Shown here: positions 34,566-48,296 of the stretch, piece by piece
Numbering within the stretch: position 1 is the stretch's first letter
How the letters are laid out: each line of letters opens with the position of its first letter
Assembly: GCA_905178155.1 (NCBI GenBank)
Contig: CAJINV010000001.1
Location: forward strand, 7,609,506 to 7,673,505
Length of the DNA: 64,000 bases
Direction of reading: 5' to 3'
Source of the DNA: Amoebophrya sp. A120
Taxonomy: Eukaryota > Protista > Dinoflagellata
Program-made: the position numbers and the translations under genes
The notes under the pieces: generated by a model
Seen by the model: the letters and a program-made list of their open reading frames with translations, nothing else
The model's database searches: none
Told to the model about the DNA's origin: nothing

Positions 34566-35342
34566 GCGACACTGGTAGCAGATGAAAGCATTATTTTCCA
34601 TCTGAAAAGTCAGCGCTCAGACGTGGACATTTCCACGAGCCGTGTGCCCTCATTTAAAATGCAGTTTCGCTGCTACCATATGCATATTATTCGCGCTTCC
34701 ATATACATCTGGTACAGAAATCTCTATCGATCCCCAAGCCGATGAGTAAGTAAGTGACATGATGAAGTTAGTAATCTACTTGAAGCGACACCATCACCAC
34801 ATCAGGTTAGAAGTTGTTGTTAAATGCGTCGTCAGCGAGGGCATGTTTCCGCTCTCGCCGAAGATGCATCACAAACCATAAGATTTTGCGATAGCGCGGC
34901 TGCGGAGCCGCGGCCGACAAAACCATGATCACAAACACAGTGATATCTGGCAGGTACTACTGCTTTCGGGGGAATGCTACTGCACCCCCAGGTGAGATAT
35001 GGAGCAATGGGTGACGAAAAGCTTTGTTCCACTACGCTGCCAGCCCCTTGCCGTGCGTCGTCTAAAAGGTTGAGCGATGACTATGTGAGGAAGAGGAACG
35101 ACCTAAAAGAGAAAAAGACATGCATTATCATGGTGCTTGGTGAACAACGTGAGTCTGATTTACAATAAACCACCGTTATTTACTCGTTTGCGTTTCCTTT
35201 GTCAAGTTGAAGAGTTTCTGAATCAGTCTGTTTTCCACCACGACCGCTTTCGTCATGTAGAAGGGGGCTCCTCGTTTCAATTTCTGTACGCATCGAATTA
35301 TTGTTCCTCTCCGAGCTGCTACTTGGATTCTCGTCCGCCATC

Positions 35343-36173
35343 ATGTCTTCCGCGGGCGGCCCCAGCGGGGGTCACCAACACGACCCGCGGTTTGCGAGCC
35401 AGAATCTGGGCAACTCACTCGGCAACAGAAGTTGCGTTCGTCAGACCAAGTTTTTTCGCATGTACGAGTCGGGCAACACGATGAAGGACCTGCTCGGCCA
35501 TTCTTCGCTGCACTGGGACTTCAATCAGAAAGAGGGCGCCTACAAGGGACAGCCCATTGAAGATCCATACGCGCTGGGAAAACCCACGGACAAGGCCGCC
35601 GATGGCGGAGCAACGGCGTCCGCGGGGGCGTACAGTGTCTCTTCCGCGTCCCAGCCGTCGCATCAGAAGCATGATAGTGGGGCCAGCAGTAGTTCTGCCG
35701 CTGCACGGGGGAAGAAAAGTAGTAATTCCATTTTCAAGAATAGTAACAACGACCGTGACAGCTTTGTCCAAAAAGCAGACCGGAGTCCCTCCTTTCAGAA
35801 AGAGTTTCACCAGACCAATATGTACCACGACGGCCACCTTGAGGGTACAACGGGGAGCACTCCAACCTCCAAGAGTAAGAAAAAGGCGTACAGTCCGCAC
35901 CATTACGTGTCGACTGGAACTGAAGCCGCGGACAGCGCAAGTTTCACAAAAAGTAACTCGTTAGCAGCAAATGCACCGAACCCACAAACTGGATCATCAT
36001 TATCTTACGATTCCGTTTCTCGTCCTCCCCATCTACCTAGTAGTGACGTTTCGGCACAGCCCCACCCTCCTACTGCGGGTAATCCAATGCAGTCGGGGCC
36101 TTTTGCCACACTTGGATCATTTAACACCTATCGCACCAGCTCTTCTGCGTATGGAAGTGGCAGCTGGCAGTAA
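35343..36173 (+). CDS. Hypothetical Ser-rich protein
   Basis: ORF from GCCATCATG to TAA at 36173. Low-complexity C-terminal half. Confidence 0.55.
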   Translation: MSSAGGPSGGHQHDPRFASQNLGNSLGNRSCVRQTKFFRMYESGNTMKDLLGHSSLHWDFNQKEGAYKGQPIEDPYALGKPTDKAADGGATASAGAYSVSSASQPSHQKHDSGASSSSAAARGKKSSNSIFKNSNNDRDSFVQKADRSPSFQKEFHQTNMYHDGHLEGTTGSTPTSKSKKKAYSPHHYVSTGTEAADSASFTKSNSLAANAPNPQTGSSLSYDSVSRPPHLPSSDVSAQPHPPTAGNPMQSGPFATLGSFNTYRTSSSAYGSGSWQ

Positions 36174-36674
36174 CAGTAAGAGAAACTCTTTCGAAGCGAG
36201 TCGCTTGCGCTGTCTTGAAAAGAGGGCAGGAACAGGCGCGTATTTCGGTGTCTATCGTTCTTCCGTAACTCCAACTGGGAACACTCTAGAAGGCTGTTCG
36301 TGCAAGTACTTAATCGAGGACCTATTTGCACTTCTCAATTGTAAGTACCTACTAGCTACGACTGGTTCTTCTTCGTGGCGTTGCTGTGTGCAGTTGTCAG
36401 ATTGAGTTTTGCTGCCGCCAGGAGAGAAGGACAGTTGAGTGTGAGGGTTCGGTTGCTCTGGTGGAGCGAAGAGGAAAGAGAGAAAATGAGCGTCGGAGCA
36501 CTCGATGATTGAATAAAGGGACTTGAATTTCACGACTTGCATCCCAACGTTCTGGTCTGACGATATGCTGCATTTAGTCCTTAGAATTTTTTCTGAAGCG
36601 ATTTCTTGAAAATTATCCGGACGCGCAATGATGCTCAAATCTTAGTAGCGCTTACTCGATAACAGTAACGCACG

Positions 36675-39600
36675 ATGTTGCCGATATTTTCCGGGTTGCT
36701 GGCCGGTGCGGTTTGCGTGCTCGCGCCGGATCACTTGGCTCCGGTTTTGTCGCTGAGTTTCACTGACGTCCACGATTTGCGGTCGGCTTTCCGCATCGGC
36801 TTCCAGTGGGGCATCGGGCATTCGAGCGGCATCTTGGTGGTGGTCTTCGTCGTGCTGCTGCTTCGCGTCACCGTCACGCACTACATCTTTGAGGTCTTCG
36901 TTTTTTGGTCGCAGGTTTTCGTGGGAAGCACGCTCTTGAGCCTGGGGGTCTACTACTTTTTCCACCAGACGAAGTACCTCTCGACAGAGGAAGGCACACC
37001 GGGGGACGGCAAGACCGGAACGGGTGCGAGTTCATTTTTCTTTTTGCGAGGCATGAGGCACCAGAGGTTTTTCATGTTTCCATCTGGCCTCCCGCCCGAT
37101 GAAGATCGATCCTATCGCTATTGAGTGAAGGGGAGGGAACAAGCAACACTGCTTTCGATCGCGCCCCTTGACCGCCCGCCGCTCGCAAAATGAAACCCGC
37201 TACGCGCCCTGGCACGCTTAGATGAAACGTATCATGTTGTACATCACCTATCGCTCGTTCATGTGTTGCAAACATCATGGGCACTCGTTTTCGATTTCGC
37301 TTTCGCAATTTATTACGAACCAAAAAAAAAGAGACAGAGGTAATGATCAATGCAAGAGAAGTCCGTGGTCGTGTACAAATATTGTGATCAGAGCTGCAGG
37401 TGCAGCCGGCGTATACTTGCTAGTTTTTCAGTCGACGATGGAAGGCTGGTGCACAGTGACGGATTCTCATTTCACAAAACAACACAGATCATCTGAACTG
37501 TGCGTGCTGTGCTTTTCCGGTTTCTGTGAATAACAGGCCCGGCAAGTTTAACCTGCTGAAGCCCCCGGACCCAGACGAGCTTGAGGAGTGTTGCGAAATC
37601 ATCGACGAATGCGAGGAGATTGCGCCCCCGAAACCCCTCTCTTTTGGCCGTCCCCAAGTGTTCGCGCAGCCGGCCTTCAGTGCGGACAAGTATTACAAAC
37701 AGAAAAAGGTAACCACAACGGGCCTTAACCCCAGTGTCAGCAACGTCTTCGACCGCGCGCTCGGGGGACTCGGTGGCGGGAACAAGGCATCTGCGGGAGG
37801 GGCGGTGTCTTCGGGATCTGGGACGGAGGAGATTCTTGGCACGGAGGAAATCGTGTCCACAACTGCGTCTGGCACGTCCGGGACAGAAGACGATCAGGTT
37901 GCGCGCACTACAAAAGGGAGCAACATGATCAATTTGCGGCTCGACCGTTTGCCGCGCTCCAGTGACGGATCCGTGCCGCTGCAAGACTTCACTGCAGCCC
38001 GCGGGAATGAAAATGACGCGGGCGCGGCGCTCGAGGACGCTCCGGAGGAACACGGGTCATCTCCGGGGGATGAGCGAGCGGAACTTCTGCAGCCCGCTGG
38101 CGAAGTGAAGATGTGCGGCTTAACGGTCCTCTTCCCGCCCTGCTGCCTGATCGGCGTGAACCGCCTGCGGTCGCCGAACTGCACGGGTCGCTTCGAGCTC
38201 TTTCCCGCTGTGGTGGCCAACAGCGTGTTCTGCATTCGGGTGCACCAGCTGCGCACGCGTTTGTTTGGTGGAAAAGCAAGTACAACTTCGGCAGCCGAGG
38301 GCGCGCTTGCGCTGGAGGAACAAATGCAGCTCGACGAGGCGAGCCAGAAGTCGCGGCTGATGCTATTTTTGGGATTTTTGCAGGGCTTTTCCTGTCCCTC
38401 CAACCTGATGTCCTTGCTGTTCGTGGCGAAGCAGCTGAACTGGTTCCAGATCGCGCTCTTCATGGCCTCCTACTGCGTGTCCAGCTGCTGTCTCATGGGC
38501 TGCTTTTGCTACGTCCTGAAGGTGTGGCTCTTTCGTGGCGGCACGGATCTCATGCAGGACCTGGCAACCGCCACGCACGAAAAAATCGATCCCGTGGACG
38601 ACAAACCCGCATTTGAGGGGCGGGCGGGGAATAACATGAGTCAAGGTGCGTCGTCGCCCAATGCCGGAAGGGCAGTTCTGCGGGGGGGAACAGGAGCCAC
38701 AGCCGCGTACTATGAATCATTTACATTTTCCTCTTCGATTTCGACTTCATGATCATTTTTTCTCGTTGGTTGTGTCAATCTGTGCGGAGGTCATCAGCGA
38801 ATGACTGCAGGATAGAAGGATGCATGGTTGGTGTTTGCAATAACAATATCGATGTGAATGTAAATGTTATAGTCTCTTCTGCTTCTTCACCTCATGCTCA
38901 TGCTGGTGGATCATGGCATCATGATTGTGAAACAAAATCTTCAACCAAACAGAACTTCTGCACCCGGCTCCGTTGAGCAACCTTCTCCAGCCACGCAGAA
39001 GCAAGCAAAGGATGCACGTAATAAGTTGCAAATCTACCGTATCAGCTGTTTTTTCCTGATTGCGACGGGGAGTTTCTTTTTGGCCGAAAGTCTGTTGGGC
39101 TTCGATGTTTTCGACTACATTGGCCTGCACGAGCACCACCACGGAGCGCACCACCACGCCGGCCACGAGCACGAGCGGGACGACGCGCTCGACGTAACCG
39201 CGGACTCTGCAGATCAGAGCGACGCGGGCTTAGCGGCCGGGGACTGGGAGGGGTTTCTGGGTGGACAATCGCCGTCCTTGGAAGTACGTGCGCATGCAAA
39301 TTCTCGTCGCGCGGAGCAGCAGGAACCCGAACCGCGAGAAGAAATCCCTGGACTTGTGTCCTCCCGCGAGCAATTTGCTTCCGCCCCAGGCAGAGACGAA
39401 AATCCGGAGGAGCATGATCCGGGGCTTCGTTACAGTACCGCGATACCGAGCGAAGAACAACCACGAGCGGAAAACAACTTCAACAAGCTGTACAATAGCG
39501 ACGGTGGTGCAGGCGGAGCAGGAGAGGAAGCGATAACACCGGCCTCGATTATCGCCCAGCTGCGAAGAAAAAGCAAGCGGACGCCGGCGGAAAAGAAGAA

Positions 39601-40210
39601 GCAACTGCGAACCGAATTTCCGTACTTGACGCGTTTTTCTGGTGCAAACAGTGAGGGATCTTCCTCCAATGTCGGCCACCCGGAGCCTTCCCCGTCCTCC
39701 GCACTGGACATGGACCCGCGCGATTTTGAGCAGCAGGGTGCCGCCTACGATCACAACGCAGCAGTGACCAGCCGGGACGACAGCCGGCCATTCGCACTTC
39801 AGAAAGGGAAAACGAGCAGCGCGCACCATCATCAACATCCAAAGCACCTGTCGAAGCGAACGCTGCGATCTGAGCGAGGACTCGTGTCGTCGTTCACGGA
39901 GCTGGGTGCTTTAGACCCTCGCACCGTGACGAGGCCGCTGCTGGACCGGTCGCCATACCTCCAAGTAGAAGACGCACCGACCGGACGTACTCCCGTGATG
40001 TCGTCCTCGTCGCGAAGTCGAGCAGCGGGCCCGAGCGAGATCCTTGAGAAGTTGTCAGCGCACCACCGGGGAGGTGGACAACACTCCGAGGACAGCGAAA
40101 AAAGTGTTGCACCGGGAATGCAGCGCAAGTTCAGCGAGATCTCCGAACTCGGTTTTCCGAACGCCGGTATCGTCATTCCTGCTGCAGGGACGACGAGTTC
40201 GCCACATTAG
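36675..40210 (+). CDS. Nickel/cobalt permease-like membrane protein (UreH/NiCoT-related), multi-exon
   Basis: LAPDHLAPV and GFQWGIGHSSG signature helices; LGFLQGFSCPSNL; His-rich HEHHHGAHHHAGHEHE after the last TM. Made up of ORFs 36675, 37526 and 38894. Confidence 0.75.
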
Positions 40211-41641
40211 GTCGTGCGCGTTGGTTCATCTGTGGTTAGCTGTTTGTTATTACGACGCCGAGTACTTTTTTCAGTGGTAAAGTCGTAGCCGACGCACGGG
40301 CCATGATTCATTGCCAAGCAACTCCACAGTTGGTAGACTGACAGTAGTTTCAGCGTCGTGGCGAAGGAAGTTGAGTGTCAATATCTGCTCGTGCCAACTG
40401 CAAAAGTGGTTCATCGAAAAAATACTATCTAGCTGGCCGCACTACCGTGGTGGCGGTGACAGATGTAAAATGATTGCCACCGACTTATTACGGTAGCCTG
40501 GTTTGCGGTCGTGTGCGTGTCTACCGAATAGGTGTTGATGTGCGCTCCGAAACTGTGTGTGCATCGTGACAATTGCAGAAAAATAGCACCAGACTGCTTC
40601 GAATTTTTCGAGCTGGTGCCATCGAAAACAAGAGGAAAAAAATGCTACTGAATGAATTTTTGAGAATTACTTTCACTTTGTACAAACGAGACCCTTATCT
40701 GTAGTGCTGTTTCTCGGGAAGGACTTCCTTTTTTTCGAGTGGTTCTTTGTCCTTCCGAGAATATAAATGGTTTCTCTGAGCTTTTTCTTCTACCCAATAT
40801 CTGTAAGTAAAAATTTCGAGCTGCTCCCTACATTGACATTGTGGCCGAAGTCGTGGTGCAAACTTAACACTTATGTAACAAACCGATTGTCCTTCTCCAC
40901 GTTCTCCGCGGCGCCTTGGCCGACGGAAAAATATTTTTGGAGACGGATGCATCGAAGGCAAAGCTACGAGCTGGAAAAAGCTCTAGCTTTTAACTCAAAC
41001 TAGGTTGGTTCTGCGCGACGGTGCTTTCTGCTTGTTGAGGTGATTTTGCTTTGCATCTGATGCTAGTCTTGTAGTATTGCAGTGAAAGTGAAAGACATTA
41101 CTTAATCCGCTGCTGCTGGTCGCTCTTGCTTTTGACAGAGGTACTGCCGTTGCTCTTGTTTTTCTTCACTGCCGCGAAGGAAAAATGTTGGATTGTTCAG
41201 GTTTTTCGTGGTGGTTTCTTTCGTTCTTTGAGTGGCCAAACAGAGTCGCAGGCGCCGTTTCTAAAACTAACTTGTACGGAGCTTTGACATCGGTGGGTAG
41301 CTTGCAACTGCCCGCTGCTTGTTGTGTGGAAAAATTTGAAAAAATTTCCACAGCTATATCCACATCGGACATCATTACTGATCATGACTGTCATCGTACT
41401 ATGTGCCACAGACTGTGCTTGTCCGAGAGAAATGTAGCTGGATTGTTGTTGGTCCAACGCAGAGTTCTCAGCGTTCCTGACCACGTTCGTTTGTTGCAGT
41501 ACACGCGATACGACGCTTGTTATCAGGCGAGAGAGACAGTTTATGTTTGTTTTTGTGTACTTCTCCCCGACTTGATTTAATAACGATCGTGATGATTGCG
41601 TTGCCTAGAACCTACGGGATCAACAAAATTCTTCTGCAGAA

Positions 41642-44600
41642 ATGACGGTTGCAGACGAAAAAGGCGGCGATGCTGAAAGCTGCGCGGCTGAAGAAGCTGC
41701 CACGGAAAAGACCTCTATCGTCGATTTTTATCGGACGAAGATCAAACGCGTGAAAAGCGAAGTGGATTTGGATGTCGAGGAAGTTTTGTCCACGACGTCC
41801 TTTCCTCCAATCACAAAAACTACGAGCAAAAAGTCGCTTTTAGCTGAAGATCCGCACGCGTCGCCCGCAACATGTTCGACCGTGCCGAGCACCTTGCGAC
41901 GCGGATCACCGTCCTGCGGGGGGCTTTCGCCCGAAGTTCTGGGCGGCGCGGAGCACGACGAGTCGCCGCGATTTGCCACCTCAGCGCTGCGAAACCTCGA
42001 AGTGAACAAATACAGCCAGTTTCTACGCAAGTCCCCTGTGAAAGTGGTCACCGCGGCGGAAGTTGTGGCGTCCCCCACAGACAAAAGCAAGCTCCACAAA
42101 CTGCGAAGCGTGCCGCGGGTGGACTTGTCAGGGCTATTGGATCGGGATGTGCAAAGGCGAGCTGATGTTGGTAAGACGAGCGAGGCCACGGGAGTGCGAG
42201 GGGTATAACTCGGTCGACTAAATATGCTCAGTCTTCTTGTAGGGAGTGCTGAAAAAAAAAACAGAAAAAAGCTTTCATTTTCCTCGACATCACAATCACT
42301 AAATGAAGGTACAGCAATTTGCAGATTTCCGCCAAAAAAGAGACGACCTGCGTGAAGAAGAGGGAGTAATTCAGGGACCAGGCGCAGCACGGTCACAAGC
42401 TGTAAATACCGGCTCCGAAAGCAGTAGCAGAATGAATCTCGTGCCCGAGGTTTTTGTTTCCTGGAAGGAAGAGGTTACGCAGCGACGCATTGCTCGGGAA
42501 TTCCAGGAAACGCTCACCCGCCAGCTGCAGCAGTTCCACTCAGCGGAGTTTCAACCCGGGGACCTGAGCATGAACCTGACGCCACGGTCGCCAGGTCGCC
42601 CCGATTCGCTGACCGTGTCTCCGGAACTGCTCGGGCACGACATTCGCCGCTCACTCGAAAAGCGCTCGCAGGTGAAGGCAGCAATAAAAAGACTCGAAGG
42701 GTGGAAGACGGGGGCTGCTGTTGCCGCCGTCCGGCGGGAAGATGAAGGCACTCCGCCGCTTGCCGCAGCGGCCGAGGAGGAGAAGATCGTAGTCGCCAAC
42801 GAGTCACTGAGTAAAGAGCAAACAACATGCGGAAACGCAAGCTGTGTCAATGAGGATGACGTGGTGGTGCAGCTGGATCATGAAGCAGGGGATGAAAGAC
42901 AGGATGCTTGCGGCGGTGAGAATCCCGGTCGGCCATCTCGTGCTCAGGATGCGCCTCTTGAAGCGGACCCGCCCGGCAACATCACTGGACCTGAGCGAGT
43001 AATAAGCAGCGACGTTTCAAACGATACGAATCTGCGATTGCAGCGCACACGCACCGCGGACGATCCGTTCTCGGGATTGCGCAGCCCGGCGCTGTTGTCT
43101 CCGAGTGTGGTCGACCGCAGCGACGAGTTTCAGTTTCGGAACTCTGGCAGTTCCGACTCCGCGTACACATCGCCCTTGGGAGACCTTGGCGGGCTTTCAC
43201 TAGGAGCACCGGTCGTGCGAAAAATGTCTTCGGCGCCCGAACTCGGAGTCGCCTTCGCGCACTTCGCGTCTAATTGTAGTGTGGAGGTGCAAGAGCCTGG
43301 CGTTCAGTTCGTTCGCTCAGAGCTTGAGGAGCAGGAGAGCACATTTTTGTCCCACGGTCAGAACATCAATCACGAAGTCCAAGCAAGTCTTGTGCGCGGT
43401 GGAGCAGAGGGGTGGAATAGTAACCCACACGATTACAACAACCACCGGCAGCATCCAGAAAGCGTTGACATTGTCACGGCGCCGCGGTTGCTGTTTCGAG
43501 AAAAGGTGTGCGAGCGGGCTGTCCGAAACGCTCTGAAGCGCCCCGATGTCACTTGTCGCGCTGGAACAAGCTACGCGAACCCGACGCTGGCGAGTCGCAG
43601 GCGGAAGGAAAGGTCCAGCTTCGCAACTCCGGATCAAACCGATCAAGGGTGGTGCTCAAGTACGAACATTGACCACGGCCCAAAGCCGAAGAGCATTTTT
43701 CGCGAGTCGAAGAAAGCGACAAACAAGCAGGAGTCTCTCCTTTACGCAGCCGATGTGGTACTACCGAGCAGGCAGGACGGCGCGACGTCTGTGAACTACT
43801 ACTGCCACCGTGGGTCGCCTCGACTAGTGCAACGCACGAGTCCTGGCTTCTCCGAGCTGTCGCTTGGAGATGAAAGCAGCATCGACACAGTTGGCGGGAG
43901 TTGCAGGGCGGGAGAGGGGAGTCTGTGTGCGCCGCTCGCTCCTGGTTGTGCTATTTCTAGCTCCGAGCAAGACGTGGTGCTTCTTTCGTCCCCGCCAACG
44001 GGGATGCCAACTGTGATGGCGAACGGACCTGTGTCCTCTACAAGCAGAAAGGCGCAAATCCAAATGTCGCTAGGAAACCAGCGGCGACGCACACTGCCTC
44101 CTGCAAGTACTTTCCGTCCGCGTGACTGTGACGCTACGATTCAGAATCATCCTGCAAATCCCCTGTGTCGGAGCGATAATCCTGTTCGGCCGCCACCACT
44201 GCAGAGGCCTGCACCGGAGAAAGAGATCAACAACAAACGCCAGCTGGTACCGCAGCGACAGCGCTCCTTCTCCTCATTGTCGCAGATGTCGGAGCGCTCC
44301 TTAAAGGTGGCGGCCAAGCAGGCGACGAAAACGATGCGAACTAGATCCCCGGCTGCAGATGGGGCAAAAAGTGGCACCAGTGCTGGGTCGAGCGCAACGA
44401 AGCCTGCAAGCCTATTGTTCCGTCGAAGTTCGCAGACCAGAAAGAGTGGAGTGTCGAGAAGCCCCCTCGTGTCTCCAAGACCGCTCTCGCCTCCAGTATA
44501 CGCCGGAGACATTATCACAAGTGCCCGGGCCGGGGGTTCTAGTCAGCCGTCGCCGGAACGGAACGCTGCTGAGAAAAGCACCCTGCTTGCCACTGCGAGA

Positions 44601-47372
44601 GATGCGCAGGCAGAAAAAATCAAGAAGAACTTGAACAGATCTACTCTCGCACCGCCAATAATTTCGAACAGAAAGTCGTGTGTGCCATCTCCATCTGGTA
44701 GGCCGACCGCGGGTGCTATTGCTGTACCGAATGCGCAACGCCTCGCGCAACTAGCTCGTCCCCGGCGTGATCCCCGGGAGTCTCCGCTCAGCTCGCCGAC
44801 ACTTAGAACGTCGAGTCCGGGCTTGCAACAGGGTGAGCCACGTAATTCTCCCCAGGCTAGTAGCAAAACATCAATCCGTGAAGCGTTGCAACGCTGCAGG
44901 CCCGCGCAAGAGCGGCGACAAACACTCCCGGCAAGACCTGCGGACACGAGCCGCAACGACACACGAAGCGGGCAGTTAGCGAACCAATTTCGGTCTCCGC
45001 CTGGAAATCCGACTTGTGCATCAGACGTTCCGCTAGCGCAGGTGGTAGAAGAAGCTGCGAAGAAACGGATTGACGAGATGGCCACGGAGTTGTCGACCGC
45101 CCTGGATCGCGTGCGGGCCCTCTTTCCCGACACGGACGAGTGGACCAGCGGCAGGGAAAGCACCGTGACAAGCGAACGTTGTCCAGTTCCTGCTCAGAAA
45201 GTTCGCCAAGTGCCGGCTTCGCAAACCACCCCAAGTCCTCGTGTAGAGCTGCAAGAAAGTGCGGCAAGTACTAGACCCCCTGGAGAAAAAAGCTACGAAG
45301 AGCAGAAAGCTCCTGTGCGGCCTCTGGCACAGCGACGGCAACATTTCGGTAGAACGACTTCTCCTGATAGGCGAATACAACGCGGGAGATTTGGAAAAAA
45401 GCCGCAGACCGGCCGGCTGTACGTACCCCGTCCCGCACTTGATAGTGTACCCGAGGAGCAGGGGACAACAAATTCGATTTCACCAAATAAAGACGAGAAA
45501 AGTTGTGATGCAGCAAATACAGCTGCAGCTCGTTCAGCTAGTCCCGCTTCGCCCGAGTTTTCTCGTGCGCTCGCCGCCGGCGTCGCTGCGCAGCTTCGGA
45601 CAGTTGTGGAGAAGCACTTCATCGTCCAACAGCCGCCGATTACTCAAGCAGACAGCAACGGGGTTTTCAACGTGGCGCATCAGTCTCCCGGGGCGTGCTC
45701 TACCTCTACGCGTTACTGCAGTCCAGCAGACGATTTGGACACAGTTTGTTCCAGTGGAGGAAAGATATTGGACGCACCTGTTGCCCTCGACGCGGTGCGC
45801 GTAGAGCAAAGGCAAGATCAGGCTCCTGCGGTTCAGGCGCGGGCAGGTCTGGCGTTTCCGGTGACGCCGCCCGAGTCGCCAAGCCATACCGGATTATGCT
45901 TGCGCAATTACCCCCAGAGCCTAGAGCGCAAGGTGAAACTGCCGGAGCGACGTTCGCTGTATTTGCCCCAAGCCGGGGATGCTGTGGACGAGGCACTCGC
46001 GGAATGGCACAACACTGTTTCTCGTGCGGATGATGAGAAGTTCGTGTTTCTGCGTGCAAACACCTACTCCTATCGGGATCGTGTTGTACGCATTGGGTTT
46101 TCCTCCAATTGCGGAGAGAAGCTGAGAACGAGCACCAGTGCTAGGAAACACGCGAATGAACGGCATCGAACGGAGCCAGCGCTTGGAAATCACCTCGTTG
46201 TGGAATGTGAAGCGACGAGGGATGACGTGACCGGCCCGAAACTGCTGCTGCTCGACGATTATGTGAAGGAAGTGAACTCCTGCTCTGTATCACCACGAAG
46301 TTCCAGCTCCACGCCCCGCCCGCGTTCATATAAGCACACGAAAGCAGATGTGGCTGAGAAAGAAAGCGAAAGTGATTCCTCGCCTCTCCACGCGGCAACC
46401 ATATACGCACCAGCATCAAGCAGAGGCAGAGCTTCTGCTGTCGCACATGCGACCAAAGATCTTCACGCAGTGCCGCAGCTCCGCAGGGCTACTCTTCTGC
46501 AGCACCGGCCGAACCCTTTCACAACAGCGATGGGGTCATCGACGCATGCAAGCGCTGCACCACCGCTGTCGCCACCGTTGTCGTTCCCTCCGCTTGCGTC
46601 GCCACCACTCGGCTCACCGATCGGGTCGACGGTCTTTTATCCCGAAACAGCGTCGCAAACCTTTACGCCAGTTTTTGGCACTCCCGGTAGCCACGCTGCG
46701 AGCAACATTACGAGCGCTGCGGCCTCCGCACCGACGGCCGTGGTCCAACACCAAACGCGCACGATCGGATCCACTTACCCTAGCCTGCTGTCCAGACCCG
46801 TAAAAATCGCCGAGCAGCGCGCTGTCCAACCTGTCACGAAGACCTGCTATAATGTGGTGAACTCTTTTATCTCCCCACGAAAAAAGGAGCTCACGAGCGC
46901 AATTCGCTCGCCGAGTCTCGCGCCCACCGTCGGAGGAGGTCAACTTCTACCGACTGCAAACAGGATGAGACGAGTCCCTGCTGCAACGGAAAGTCCCCAA
47001 CTTCTTCTGACTCCGCCCCGTGACCTGCACTGTGGGCACCGGAAAGAACAGCTTACTGCTCAACATCCAGTTACGACAGAGATCGGGGAGAGTCATGCGT
47101 CAAGCCTTTCGTCGTCCTCCAACGAGGAAGAGTCAAAGTATGGTTTGCGACCGCCCAATCTGCAGTTTGATTCGCGTGGGTTCCGCCGATCGAGTCGCCG
47201 GTGTCGCTTGCGCAAGAAGTCCTTCAATTTCCAGCCCTGGCTGCGCAGAGCCGGGATTCATGTGGTTTGCAGTCCAAACAAGCACGATGGGAAGGTGGCC
47301 GGAAATAATGGCGGGAGCGGGTTGACACGACGCAAGAGCTACGCCGCGGTGCCGGTGCACGGAGCGGTCTGA
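41642..47372 (+). CDS. Large Ser/Pro/Arg-rich low-complexity protein, possible GAS2/GAR-like segment
   Basis: 188-aa and 1689-aa ORFs separated by a probable intron. GDAVDEALAEWHN..FVFLRANTYSYRDRVV loosely resembles the GAR domain pattern. Confidence 0.65.
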
Positions 47373-48296
47373 GTGCTCAATTCTCGCCAGATGGTAGCTG
47401 GAGCGATGGCAAAATATGATATGGTTTTTGTTGAAGTTCGCATTCGCAAGGTTTTTTTAGATTTATGAAAATGAGATACACCTCAATGAAACGTACGTCT
47501 CTCGCAATCTCCCATCGGACCATGAGTATATTTTCTTTTCCGTCTACTTTCGCTTTCTCCATTTTGCCGAACCGTGACCGACCGAGAAATAGTTCTTCAC
47601 GTGTGCCATCACACAATGTAAGTACCAACCCTGATGCCCTAAAGTGTTTTGCGACTCGAAGCCGAGCTCCTGCATACATTAATACAAAAAAACAAACTTG
47701 TATTTGTACTTGCGAACTGCTCGATGTATGTTTGGTATCGGATTTGGGGAAGCGGCGAGGAATCGCTCTGCCAAGGGTTTTCCTGCCAGAATCCTGAACT
47801 TGTTACATTGGCGTGTGACGTTCTTGGAGATCTTGGCTTATTTTTGAAATGATCTGACACTGACACCTATGCTTTTCCTTTGTTCCGATCTTCGAGTTTT
47901 ATGTCCTTCATTTGTGAAGTGATCCGATTCTGATCGGTTTTTAATTTTATGACTCGACGGCTATTCGTTTCTTTTTGCTTGCCGAAAGTGCAGCGACGAA
48001 CGCCAATTCATTGTCATTGTGCTTCATGTAGTTATGTCATATCGCTCTTTGACTTTGCACCGTCAGCATTGACTTTTTGTTTTTGTTCGTGTGAGTTTAA
48101 GAAGCACAGGAAGCTCCTCTGTGTATTGATGATAGACCTTGAGGCACGGCGTTGGCAACAGTTGTATACACTGCATTACTTCCTGGTATTAGTACATCTC
48201 TTACGATTCCACGTACATCATGAGTGTCGGCCAGCACACGAATCCGTTTGAAGTTTCTGCACTGCTACAGCTACCATAGGACAGAAAACGCGCACG

